From positions 2,100,001 through 2,132,000 of the forward strand of contig NZ_CP011391.1 in assembly GCF_001564455.1 (NCBI RefSeq): a stretch of 32,000 bases of DNA, in the 5' to 3' direction. This stretch comes from Faecalibaculum rodentium (GTDB lineage Bacteria; Bacillota_I; Bacilli_A; Erysipelotrichales; Erysipelotrichaceae). Positions 15,270 to 23,072 of the stretch are shown in pieces; the stretch's first letter is position 1, and every line of letters begins with the position of its first letter. Under the pieces are notes generated by a model. The model was not told the origin of the DNA. It did no database searches and saw only the letters and a list, made by a program, of their open reading frames with translations. Made by a program: the position numbers and the translations under genes.

Positions 15270-15941
15270 TCAGGCAGCAGCCATTTTCTGCAGGATGTTC
15301 CCGACCAGTTCCCTGCTGCAGCCTGAGGCCTGCGCAATGGTTTCCGGATCGCGGATGCCCTGACGCAGCATGGCCAGGACCTGGTCCAGGGTGCGGTTTT
15401 CTCCGGGGACAACCGTCTGTGCTTCCTGGGGGTCTGCCGGCTCGACTGACGGCATCTCTCTTGTCCTGCGGCTGGCGGCAGTCTGCTCCAGCTGATCCGG
15501 CTCTTCTTTCGAAATGGTGGCCAGGTCCTTCAGCTGGACGGGATAGAGCCGGTCGATCCGGTATCCCTCTTCCTTCAGGACCTTCGCCTTGAACTGCATC
15601 TGCTGGCTGCACATCACCGTAGCCAGGGCCGGCGGCATAGGCGGATCCAGCCGGATCCCGAAAAGACTGTGACGGTCTGTCAGGATCACAAGATCCATGT
15701 CTTCCCTGGTTTCTTCCCGGAGGTCCGGGACTTCGGCAGGGAACACATGCAGGACTGTCTCCGGTTTCTGCAGAAGGTCCTGCACCACCCAGCTCGCGCA
15801 GGCAAACCGGTCGGCATCGTCGAGGGCCGGATCCTGGAAAAAGGACCGGAATGCCATGGGGTCATCGGAGAACAGAAGTTTCCGGAATGTTGTCAGGATC
15901 TGTGTGCGGGTGGGTTTTGTATCGTTCATTTTGTGTTTCAT
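15270..15941 (-). CDS. Hypothetical protein (223 aa) with a possible C-terminal HTH
   Basis: ATG 15941 has SD ggagga 8 nt upstream. The track ORF extends to 16031 without an SD. The C-terminus TLDQVLAMLRQGIRDPETIAQASGCSRELVGNILQKM looks HTH-like. I recognise no family. Confidence 0.6.
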   Translation of the reverse strand: MKHKMNDTKPTRTQILTTFRKLLFSDDPMAFRSFFQDPALDDADRFACASWVVQDLLQKPETVLHVFPAEVPDLREETREDMDLVILTDRHSLFGIRLDPPMPPALATVMCSQQMQFKAKVLKEEGYRIDRLYPVQLKDLATISKEEPDQLEQTAASRRTREMPSVEPADPQEAQTVVPGENRTLDQVLAMLRQGIRDPETIAQASGCSRELVGNILQKMAAA

Positions 15942-16101
15942 ACTTTGTATCCTCCACTTTGTATATTCGCCAGATGCCCCTGTTTTTGCGGAAATCCGTT
16001 CCTGCACTGTACAAAAAAGGCTGGAAATCACCGCTTCCAGCCTTTTTTGTACACTGTTGATGGAATACTTTGCAGGTGACTTGTCATGTCCGAAGACTGC
16101 C
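15925..16101. repeat. 177-bp direct repeat, copy A (contains a terminator hairpin, an SD and the first ~5 codons of gene 15270..15941)
   Basis: Aligns by eye at ~85 percent identity with 17027..17202 (offset 1101-1102 bp). It includes the identical 36-nt hairpin aaaaaaggctggaaatcaccgcttccagcctttttt and gtatcctccactttgtat. Confidence 0.85.
16013..16048. terminator. Bidirectional rho-independent terminator (within repeat copy A)
   Basis: A6, stem ggctggaa, loop atcaccgc, stem ttccagcc, T6. It lies downstream of the 16136..16942 gene. Confidence 0.8.
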
Positions 16102-16135
16102 TCGTATCACACATTGACAACATCGGTTTTGCAGT

Positions 16136-16942
16136 CTATCTGAAGAGAAATATGAGAAGAATTCCAGCCAGAAGAGCTGCAGCCACCAGAAAAATCCACC
16201 AGTACTTTTTGGACTGCTCTCTGCGGCTGCCGACGCTTCCCACAACCAGCATGACCAGGGCCATAAACAGCAGAAGAAGCAGTCCCAGGCTACAGTTGAC
16301 CAGGACCAGGTTCCGGATACTGATGTTCTGGCTGATGACGGTAAAATCTATGGTCAGGATTGAAAATATCGAAACGAAAATGCCCATCAGCGTCAGAATA
16401 TTGGCATAAATTTTTCCTTCCTGATTTCTCAGTCCTTCTGTGGCTTCTTCCAGTTTCCCGATTTTTTCCGTATAGACGCTGTCATATTTTCCATACCCCC
16501 GATACGCTGTTTCATCCGCAAATGAGCTGACAGGACGTGACTGATAATCCTGTTCCGGCAGTTCATCCAGTGTATGGAAAAACAGCTGCGCTATTTTCAT
16601 TCCGGTATCGAGGACGATGGGGGTCCCAGAGGCGTTCAATACCCTCAGATAGGCCCGTGAGTGATGGCCGGGGAAATAGACAGGACCATCCACAATCAGT
16701 CCAGTGCGCATCAGCGAGTTTTTTTCGCCGACAGTGAGCGCCAGATCACGGGGAACGGTAAATTCTTCTCTGGATTCGATCATGACAAAATCTCCAGGCT
16801 GCAGTTCCAGCCTGTCTTCATGATGTTTCGCCAGAATCTTCCCTATCGTCAGATCATAGGAAATACACCCAATATTCTCCTCTTCATATCCGGACGGAAA
16901 GATTTCGGGGGCCCGTTGTTTGATTTGTTTATCTACCAGCAT
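16136..16942 (-). CDS. dCTP deaminase/dUTPase-fold domain fused to a coiled coil and three C-terminal transmembrane helices
   Basis: By-eye alignment to E. coli Dcd motifs: ISYDLTIG, LQPGDF, EKNSLMRTGL, FPGHHSRAYLRVLNASG, GMKIAQLFF. The C-terminus has the hydrophobic segments IYANILTLMGIFVSIFSILTIDF, LVLVNCSLGLLLLLFMALVMLVV and YWWIFLVAAALLAGILLIFLF. ATG 16942 is preceded by aaaggtga. GTG 16951 is an alternative start. Confidence 0.75.
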   Translation of the reverse strand: MLVDKQIKQRAPEIFPSGYEEENIGCISYDLTIGKILAKHHEDRLELQPGDFVMIESREEFTVPRDLALTVGEKNSLMRTGLIVDGPVYFPGHHSRAYLRVLNASGTPIVLDTGMKIAQLFFHTLDELPEQDYQSRPVSSFADETAYRGYGKYDSVYTEKIGKLEEATEGLRNQEGKIYANILTLMGIFVSIFSILTIDFTVISQNISIRNLVLVNCSLGLLLLLFMALVMLVVGSVGSRREQSKKYWWIFLVAAALLAGILLIFLFR

Positions 16943-16956
16943 CTCAATCACCTTTG

Positions 16957-17043
16957 TTAGATTATAGTCCCTTGACTGATTTCATAAAAGCAAAAGCGAT
17001 TGACACCAGCCATGGGTAAAGCTGGATTCATTGTGTCTTTCAT
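16957..17043 (-). CDS. 28-codon upstream ORF (MKDTMNPALPMAGVNRFCFYEISQGTII), probably the truncated duplicate of the 5' end of gene 15270..15941
   Basis: It has the same SD (ggaggatacaa) and a similar opening (MKDTMN versus MKHKMN) as the gene below repeat copy A. Its stop lies 5-14 nt before the Dcd-like gene start. Translation is not demonstrated. Confidence 0.3.
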   Translation of the reverse strand: MKDTMNPALPMAGVNRFCFYEISQGTII

Positions 17044-17202
17044 GCGTTGTATCCTCCACTTTGTATCTTCGCCGGATGCGGCCGTTTTTGAGAAAACTTC
17101 TCTTTGAACTGGATAAAAAAGGCTGGAAATCACCGCTTCCAGCCTTTTTTGTCCAGGTTGATGGAATATTTGGCATGTGACATGTCATGTCCGAAGACTG
17201 CC
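17027..17202. repeat. 177-bp direct repeat, copy B
   Basis: See copy A (15925..16101). Confidence 0.85.
17115..17150. terminator. Bidirectional rho-independent terminator (within repeat copy B)
   Basis: The hairpin is identical to 16013..16048. It lies downstream of glpK and the DUF1667-like remnant. Confidence 0.8.
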
Positions 17203-17204
17203 CG

Positions 17205-17531
17205 TCAGACAGTCTCCACCATGCGGGTTGCAATCACATTCACCCCGGTTTCTGCCGCATCCGCCAGGACCACATCTCCGATCTGCACCGGCGCCTGCAT
17301 CCGGACTGACCGCAGGGCGCGGCCCCCATCCGGCAGAAGCAGATCAGTTCTTTTTCTTTTCTATCGTCCGGCCTCATCCGGACACAGGCAAGCCCTGCCG
17401 CCGGATTCAGTGACAGATTTTCTGAATGTGTCTTGCCCTCACAAGCAGTGGCATTCCGTTGCACGACGGGATATCACAGATCCGGGCAGACCATCCCGGA
17501 TGATCCCGGAAGCTGCCGGCATCCGCCGCTT
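17205..17531 (-). pseudogene. Probable remnant of a DUF1667-type gene (small Cys-rich protein of clostridial glycerol-3-phosphate dehydrogenase clusters)
   Basis: Minus-strand translation of 17360..17208 gives KRKRTDLLLPDGGRALRSVRMQAPVQIGDVVLADAAETGVNVIATRMVETV, followed by a stop at 17207..17205. This matches my memory of the DUF1667 C-terminus (APV.(I/V)GDV(I/V)...TG(V/I)(N/D)V(I/V)ATR). Upstream of it the same frame has TAG at 17363..17361, and no frame gives an intact ~115-aa ORF from the glpK stop. Confidence 0.4.
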
Positions 17532-19037
17532 TTACCGGACCATGGCCGGCTTGAAGGCCTGACAGGCGTTGACCGCCTGCTGCCAGTCCTGATAGCGGCT
17601 GTCCATTTCCTCCTTCGACCGTCCGGGTATGAACCGCCGCCGGACTTCGATGTCCAGGTCCTCCCGCTTCCAGAACCCGATTGCCAGACCCGCCAGGAAG
17701 GCAGCACCCAGCGCCGTGAGCTCATTGACCTTGAACCGGTCCACCTCCAGCTGGCAGAGATCGGACTGAAACTGCAGCAGGAAGTCATTGGCCGCCGCAC
17801 CACCGTCCACTTTCAGGACCTGGATCGGGATCCCGGCATCCGCTTCCATGGCATTCAGCACGTCCCGCACCTGATACGCCATGCTTTCCAGCGCCGCACG
17901 CACCAGCTGGTCACGCCCGGTGCCCAGGGTCAGCCCCACAATGGCGGCCTTGGCCTTGTCATCCCAGTACGGAGCCCCGAGCCCCACAAACGCCGGCAGG
18001 ATATAGACCCCGGCCGTTGTTGCTGCCCGCTCGGCCATCTGTGCGGTTTCCTTCACGTCTTCAAACAGCTGGAGCTCATCCCGCATCCATTTCATGATGG
18101 ATCCCGAGACAAACACCGAGCCCTCCAGGGCATAGGTGACCTCATCCCCGATCTTCCAGGCCACGGTGGACAGCAGGCCGTTTTTTGACCGCACGATTTC
18201 GTTCCCTGTGTTCATCAGCAGGAACCCGCCCGTGCCGTAGGTGTTTTTTGCCATGCCCTTCTCCAGACACAGCTGCCCGAACAGCGCCGCCTGCTGGTCC
18301 CCCACCATGGAACAGATGGGGACCTGGGACCCGAAGAACATATAGGGAGCTGTGCTGCCATAGACCTGGGACGTGGGCACGATCTCCGGCAGGATCTGGC
18401 GGGGAATGTCAAATTTCTTCAGCAGGTCCTCATCCCATGCCAGTTTGCCAATGTCGCAAAGAAGCGTCCGGCTGGCATTGGAGACATCCGTGATGTGGCG
18501 GTCTCCTCCCGTGAGCTTCCACACCAGCCACGTGTCCATGGTCCCGAACAGCAGGTCGCCGTTTTCCGCCTGCTCCCGGACCCCCGGCACGTTTTCCAGA
18601 AGCCAGGCGATTTTGGACGCCGAGAAATAGGGGTCGATCCGCAGACCGGTTTTTTCACGCACTTCATCCTCATACCCCTGTTCCTTCCACCGGTCGCAGA
18701 TGTCACTGGTCTGCCTGGACTGCCATACGATCGCATTGTGCACCGGCAGTCCTGTCCGTCTGTCCCAGAGCACCGTGGTCTCCCGCTGGTTGGAAATGCC
18801 GATGGCGGCCACCTGGTCCGGCTGCAGGCGTGCCTTGTGGAGCACTTCTGCCATCACCGCAATGGTATCCAGCCAGATGGATTCCGCATCCTGTTCCACC
18901 CAGCCGGGTTCCGGATAAAAGACGCTTCCCTCTTTCCGGGCAATGGATACAATGTGCCGGTCGTGGTCGAAGAGAACCGCCCGGGTGGATGTGGTACCAT
19001 GATCAATGGCCAGGATGTATTTCGGATTTCTGTGCAT
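17532..19037 (-). CDS. glpK: Glycerol kinase
   Basis: YILAIDHGTTSTRAVLFD..., GLPVHNAIVWQSRQT, GDQQAALFGQ, NTYGTGGFLLMNTG and KVDGGAAANDFLLQFQSD are typical. ATG 19037 has SD aaggag. The longer track ORF has none. Confidence 0.95.
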   Translation of the reverse strand: MHRNPKYILAIDHGTTSTRAVLFDHDRHIVSIARKEGSVFYPEPGWVEQDAESIWLDTIAVMAEVLHKARLQPDQVAAIGISNQRETTVLWDRRTGLPVHNAIVWQSRQTSDICDRWKEQGYEDEVREKTGLRIDPYFSASKIAWLLENVPGVREQAENGDLLFGTMDTWLVWKLTGGDRHITDVSNASRTLLCDIGKLAWDEDLLKKFDIPRQILPEIVPTSQVYGSTAPYMFFGSQVPICSMVGDQQAALFGQLCLEKGMAKNTYGTGGFLLMNTGNEIVRSKNGLLSTVAWKIGDEVTYALEGSVFVSGSIMKWMRDELQLFEDVKETAQMAERAATTAGVYILPAFVGLGAPYWDDKAKAAIVGLTLGTGRDQLVRAALESMAYQVRDVLNAMEADAGIPIQVLKVDGGAAANDFLLQFQSDLCQLEVDRFKVNELTALGAAFLAGLAIGFWKREDLDIEVRRRFIPGRSKEEMDSRYQDWQQAVNACQAFKPAMVR

Positions 19038-19354
19038 GAAGACACTCCTTTCCGCACCGCTTTGCCTGCTCCGTGCAGGCGCTGTCATGTTTGTCGTCTG
19101 TTTCTATTGTACGCCGTCCGGATGAGCCCTGCAGTCTTCGGGAAACCGGGACAGTCCGGGCGGGGGGGATGACAGACAGCCAAAGCGGCCATGCAGGAAA
19201 CGGGAGGCAGGGGCATGGAACCCACAGGGAAGGATATCGGCCGTTGCCGAACCATCCGAGTATAAAAAAAAGACGCTCTAAAGTTTTGTGAGGTTTGGAC
19301 TCTCACATCCAATACAGTTGGATGAGGGGTCCGGACCTCATTTTCATTTACAGC

Positions 19355-20785
19355 CTATTTGCTGCTGTTCTCTCTACTGTTGACAGCTTTATCCTGTCTG
19401 TCTGGATGCCCATCTTCAGGACCCCTGGAAAGCACAAACAGGACTCTGTTCCTGAACCGTTCCCAGTTCGTATATCCATTCGCATTGTGTTTGATCATCT
19501 TGATGATCTTGTTTCTGTTCTCTATCATCGAGCTGGTCAGGCGATGTTCTTTCAGCCTTACATTCCCGGTCTTCGGATCGACCACATATTCCTGCTTGAC
19601 GATATGGAACGAATTGATGATTTCCCTGAACCAGTTGCGCAGGGTGTCAGCGAAACTCTGCAGTTCCTCCACACCTGTACTGTCTAGATCTCTAATCAGA
19701 GATCTGAGCTCCTCCTCTGCAGTACTCAGGTTTTCTTTTCTGTAATACTCCGACAGCCGGTTCCGGAAGTGATACGCCTTCCTCAGGTCCGGGCTCGTAT
19801 CCAGCAGTGCCTCACGCAGTTCATATCTGTTCATCTGCCTCTTCAGTCCGCTGACATAAGATCTGGGTGCTGCCGGATCAAATATCATCATCTTCTTTCC
19901 TGTCCTGTCCCTGTACCAGGCATCAGGCCTGATCCCCAGAAGTTCACTCTGATGCTTGAGCAGATAGTATTCCGGAGACCCTTTTCGAGTTCCTTTCATC
20001 ACACGGATCCTCACTCTGTTCAGGCTCTTCGTATATTCCTGGACCACATGGAACCTGTCCACGGCGAATATCGCTTTGGGAAAGAAAGTCGCAGCTATCT
20101 CCCTGTAGGGCCTGTACATATCGGACGAGATGTACTCCACTCTGTCTCTCTCGCTTCTGGGAAACTTTCGGAAATAAGCTGCCAGATACTCCTTTTTCCT
20201 GGAAGGGAGCACATCCACCGGGGACTGGGCATCGTAGTCCAGGAGCATGCATACATATTTTGAATCATCAGATTTGAAGGAATATGTTTCGTCGATCTGC
20301 ATCACCCTGCATAGTTTCACCGGCACAGGGTAACTTACACACATGTCGAATATCTTCATCACTGTCGTAGCTGAAACGTGATGACGCTCTCCTACAGAAG
20401 CAAAAGTTTCATTTGGAGACCTGAGATCTTCGATGATCGCTTTTCCTGTCAATATGGAGATCCGCTGTCTTTTCATGGCGAAGGGATTGTCTTCTCCATA
20501 GGTGCGGTGGCAGTCTTTGCATTTGTAACGCCTGGCGTTGTAGATGAGAGTGCATTTGCGGTCTGTAAGGACATCATGGTTTATCACACGGGGAGTGTAG
20601 TTGAAAACGACGATGTTATGACCACCGCATCGGGGGCATTCAGGAAACGCAGGAACCAAAGTGACCTCCACAAGCATCTGATCGATGCCAGGGGAGGTCG
20701 ATATGTTCTGGACCCTGGAAGCATCAAGACCGAACAGTTCAAGAGCTGTATTTTCCAGGGAATTTTTGACTTTTACAGCCATCAT
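19355..20785 (-). CDS. ISL3-family transposase
   Basis: 476 aa. N-terminal zinc finger CPRCGGHN...YKCKDCHRTY, then HTH and DDE regions (MQIDETYSFK..., AVDRFHVVQ..., SSMIENRNKIIKMIKHNANGYTNWERFRNR). Confidence 0.9.
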   Translation of the reverse strand: MMAVKVKNSLENTALELFGLDASRVQNISTSPGIDQMLVEVTLVPAFPECPRCGGHNIVVFNYTPRVINHDVLTDRKCTLIYNARRYKCKDCHRTYGEDNPFAMKRQRISILTGKAIIEDLRSPNETFASVGERHHVSATTVMKIFDMCVSYPVPVKLCRVMQIDETYSFKSDDSKYVCMLLDYDAQSPVDVLPSRKKEYLAAYFRKFPRSERDRVEYISSDMYRPYREIAATFFPKAIFAVDRFHVVQEYTKSLNRVRIRVMKGTRKGSPEYYLLKHQSELLGIRPDAWYRDRTGKKMMIFDPAAPRSYVSGLKRQMNRYELREALLDTSPDLRKAYHFRNRLSEYYRKENLSTAEEELRSLIRDLDSTGVEELQSFADTLRNWFREIINSFHIVKQEYVVDPKTGNVRLKEHRLTSSMIENRNKIIKMIKHNANGYTNWERFRNRVLFVLSRGPEDGHPDRQDKAVNSRENSSK

Positions 20786-20788
20786 TCA

Positions 20789-21400
20789 TCACCTCGATGA
20801 CAGTATGGCGGAAGGCGGAACAGGTTCCGATGAGAGGAAGGTTGGAAAGACCATGGTCTTTCCCCACTGGACCCCATTGGATACAGATGTATCAGAACTA
20901 CCATTGGTTTCGTACTGCAATCGCTGAATGAACTTTGGAACAAGAGAAAAGAAGCTCCTGAAACCGGACGATGGGAATTCCGGGAACCGACGACGAAAAT
21001 CCTGTACGAATCGGTACAGGGATGAGGATTCAGTATCTGGAGAGAAATCCGCCAGGCGCAGCGGCTCCCCTGCAGCAGACTTTTTCAGGGCCATGGAGGC
21101 ATCTTCGCTGGAAAACAGATAATAGGGTATGAAAATGTCGGGAAGGACCCGGTGGACGTGGCGGCAGTGTGGGCAACGGACGCGTCTTATTGAGATGGTG
21201 AAAGTACCACAAGGCAGCTTAATGGTGCGGGGGACACTACCGTGACAGTGAAGATCATGACCGCAAAAAGGGCAGACGAAGAGCTTTTCACTGGAGCAGA
21301 AGGCCTGGAAAAGCAGGTCATAGATCCTCTGCAGCATCTCCTGACTTGAGATATCGGAAAGTGATCGTATGTGATTCAGGCGTTTGTCTTTCGGGGACAC
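20789..21400 (-). CDS. DUF6431-like zinc-ribbon protein (IS passenger)
   Basis: CPFCGHDLHCHGSVPRTIKLPCGTFTISIRRVRCPHCRHVHRVLPDIFIPY matches my memory of DUF6431. The start (GTG 21400 or a later ATG) is uncertain, with no clear SD. Confidence 0.6.
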   Translation of the reverse strand: MSPKDKRLNHIRSLSDISSQEMLQRIYDLLFQAFCSSEKLFVCPFCGHDLHCHGSVPRTIKLPCGTFTISIRRVRCPHCRHVHRVLPDIFIPYYLFSSEDASMALKKSAAGEPLRLADFSPDTESSSLYRFVQDFRRRFPEFPSSGFRSFFSLVPKFIQRLQYETNGSSDTSVSNGVQWGKTMVFPTFLSSEPVPPSAILSSR

Positions 21401-21658
21401 AAACTTCTTGAAAACCCATGTGATTATCTGTAACGTAAAGGTTGCCTAACGGTGGGACAGAGCAAAGTAGGGTCGAAACTAGATTGCACTGTCTCTTTTT
21501 CTTTCTATACAGTGTATTGTGACCGAAAAGACCTCAAGATAAAAGGAGTTGTTCTGACCTTCCACCTCACAGGCTAGATAGGACAGGAACAACTCCTTTT
21601 CAGTTTTACTGATTAAATTTGGAGGCTTGATTCGACCTCACAAATCTTTGGATATTCT

Positions 21659-21691
21659 AAAAAAACCAGATGGCTTCCCCAAACCATCTGG
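21659..21691 (-). terminator. Rho-independent terminator whose T-tract is the IS insertion site
   Basis: The minus strand reads ccagatgg-tttggggaag-ccatctgg followed by ttttttt, which directly abuts the right end of the IS. Confidence 0.7.
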
Positions 21692-22014
21692 TGTGTACGA
21701 CCTGCCTGTCTTGCCTTGTCTGTAAATCAGGATAAGCTCACTGATCAATTCCCTTCAGACATTTTCCAGGATGAAGCAGCCGGAGAACAGCGCTTGCTGG
21801 CAATGGCAGGTAACCCGTACGGACTTGACTGTCTCCTTATGTATATTATGAACGATGTTCATTCCTGGCGTGCCGTTCTCAGGGAAATTCCCGTGTCGAC
21901 CGGCAACATTGACAGTATAACGTTATGTCAAATATGGGGCAATTTATCTTTAACGCATGGTGACAGGAACGAGAAGTTTGTTCACTTCCAGACCGCTTTC
22001 CGGCATGTCCCGGT

Positions 22015-22323
22015 TCAGGGAATGAGCAGGGCGAGCAGGCCGGCAGCGGCAGCCGCCAGAGAAACGGCCAGCAGTCCCTTTCCATGCCAGGCCAAAAGAA
22101 CAGCGGCAGCGCACCCGGTAATGGCGCTGGCCAGATGCGGAGTGGCTGTGAACACCCCGGGAACCGTCATCGCAGCCAGGACGGCATAGGGTACATAATA
22201 CAGAAACGAGCGGATCCTGGGACTGGTGATGGTGCGGGTAAAGAGTGCCAGCGGCAGGGCCCGGATCAGGTACGTGACCAGTGCCATGGTCAGGATCCCG
22301 GGCAGCACCTCTGTCCAGGTCAT
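22015..22323 (-). CDS. azlD: Branched-chain amino acid transport protein AzlD
   Basis: 102 aa, hydrophobic. MTWTEVLPGILTMALVTYLIRALPLALF... The ATG overlaps the azlC stop (ATGA). Confidence 0.85.
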   Translation of the reverse strand: MTWTEVLPGILTMALVTYLIRALPLALFTRTITSPRIRSFLYYVPYAVLAAMTVPGVFTATPHLASAITGCAAAVLLAWHGKGLLAVSLAAAAAGLLALLIP

Positions 22324-23072
22324 GCGTTTTCCTCCTGTCCTGTGGTCCGGGATGCAGCGTCTTCCGCCTCCATCCCGGCCCCCGGGTGCAGCCACGCCAT
22401 GATCCCGGCGGTGATCACCGTGACGAGAATCACCGCCCATCCCGAGGACAGCTGCAGCAGGCTGCAGGCCAGGCTGAGGGTGGCAGCCAGGGCAACGCAG
22501 ACAGCCACTGAGTGGTCCTGCCGGGCTTTGGGGATGAGGATCGCAATGAACATCCCGTACATGGCCACGCCGCAGGCTCCGGCCACATCCGGAGACAGCA
22601 GGCTGCTGGCAGCAGCCCCTGTCCAGGTTCCGGCTGTCCATCCGATGACCGGCAGTGTAATGAGACCCATCATAAAGGAAAAGGAGAGCTTTCCCGATTC
22701 GCCAATGGCTGCCGCGAAAATCTCGTCGGTGATGCCGTAGGCCATGACCAGTCTCTGCAGCAGACTGGTCTTTTCCAGTTTCTGGGACAGGGACAGTGCC
22801 ATGAGAAAATACCGCGCGTTGATCACCAGCGTGGTCAGCACCAGTTCCGCCAGCTGGCCATGCTGCGCAATGATCTGCGTTCCGGCAAACTGACCGGCAC
22901 TGGTGAGATTGCTGATGGAAATCAGCGCTGCCTGCAGCGGGCGGAATCCCAGCACCACGGCAGAGAGACCATAGGCCATGGACACGGAAAAGTAGCCCAG
23001 GGCAATCGGAATCCCCAGTCTCAGTCCCGCTGCATAGCTTTGGCTGTTCCCTGCCCTGTCAACAGCTCTCAC
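22320..23072 (-). CDS. azlC: AzlC-family branched-chain amino acid transporter permease
   Basis: LRLGIPIALGYFSVSMAYGL...NLTSAGQFAG...VINARYFLMALSL is typical of AzlC. I chose the GTG start at 23072 because it overlaps the upstream TGA (GTGA). The longer track ORF overlaps the AIM24 gene. Confidence 0.8.
   Translation of the reverse strand: MRAVDRAGNSQSYAAGLRLGIPIALGYFSVSMAYGLSAVVLGFRPLQAALISISNLTSAGQFAGTQIIAQHGQLAELVLTTLVINARYFLMALSLSQKLEKTSLLQRLVMAYGITDEIFAAAIGESGKLSFSFMMGLITLPVIGWTAGTWTGAAASSLLSPDVAGACGVAMYGMFIAILIPKARQDHSVAVCVALAATLSLACSLLQLSSGWAVILVTVITAGIMAWLHPGAGMEAEDAASRTTGQEENA

Larger units (their letters stand above)
19272..21658 (-). mobile_element. ISL3-family insertion sequence carrying a transposase and a DUF6431-like passenger ORF
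   Basis: Imperfect terminal inverted repeats: left gacgctctaaagttttgtgaggt (19272-19294), and right reverse complement agaatatccaaagatttgtgaggt (21658-21635). Both ends abut A-runs (A8 at 19264-19271, A7 at 21659-21665), consistent with an A/T-rich ~8-bp target duplication. Confidence 0.8.

Noticed and set aside
14569-15612. 347-aa minus-strand ORF spanning the AlkD-like gene and part of the next gene
   Set aside because: The Pro/Arg/Gly-rich translation crosses a convergent gene junction and has no SD. The AlkD-like plus-strand ORF and the 223-aa minus-strand ORF explain the region better.
17193-19140. Short shared strings between the glpK downstream and upstream regions: cgaagactgc in both 177-bp repeats and, inverted, at about 19127-19136; and ctcatccggac at 17373-17383 and, inverted, at about 19109-19119
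   Set aside because: These are only 10-11 nt with no extended similarity around them, which is compatible with chance in GC-rich DNA.
21716-22189. 157-aa plus-strand ORF between the IS and azlD. I also looked at a 35-codon minus-strand ORF and a TTGACAGTATAACGTTATGTCAA near-palindrome around 21909-21931.
   Set aside because: The long ORF runs antisense into azlD and has no SD. The short ORF has only a weak, badly spaced SD. The palindrome is imperfect and I could not tie it to a promoter. I leave this as ~320 bp of unexplained 3' region of azlCD.
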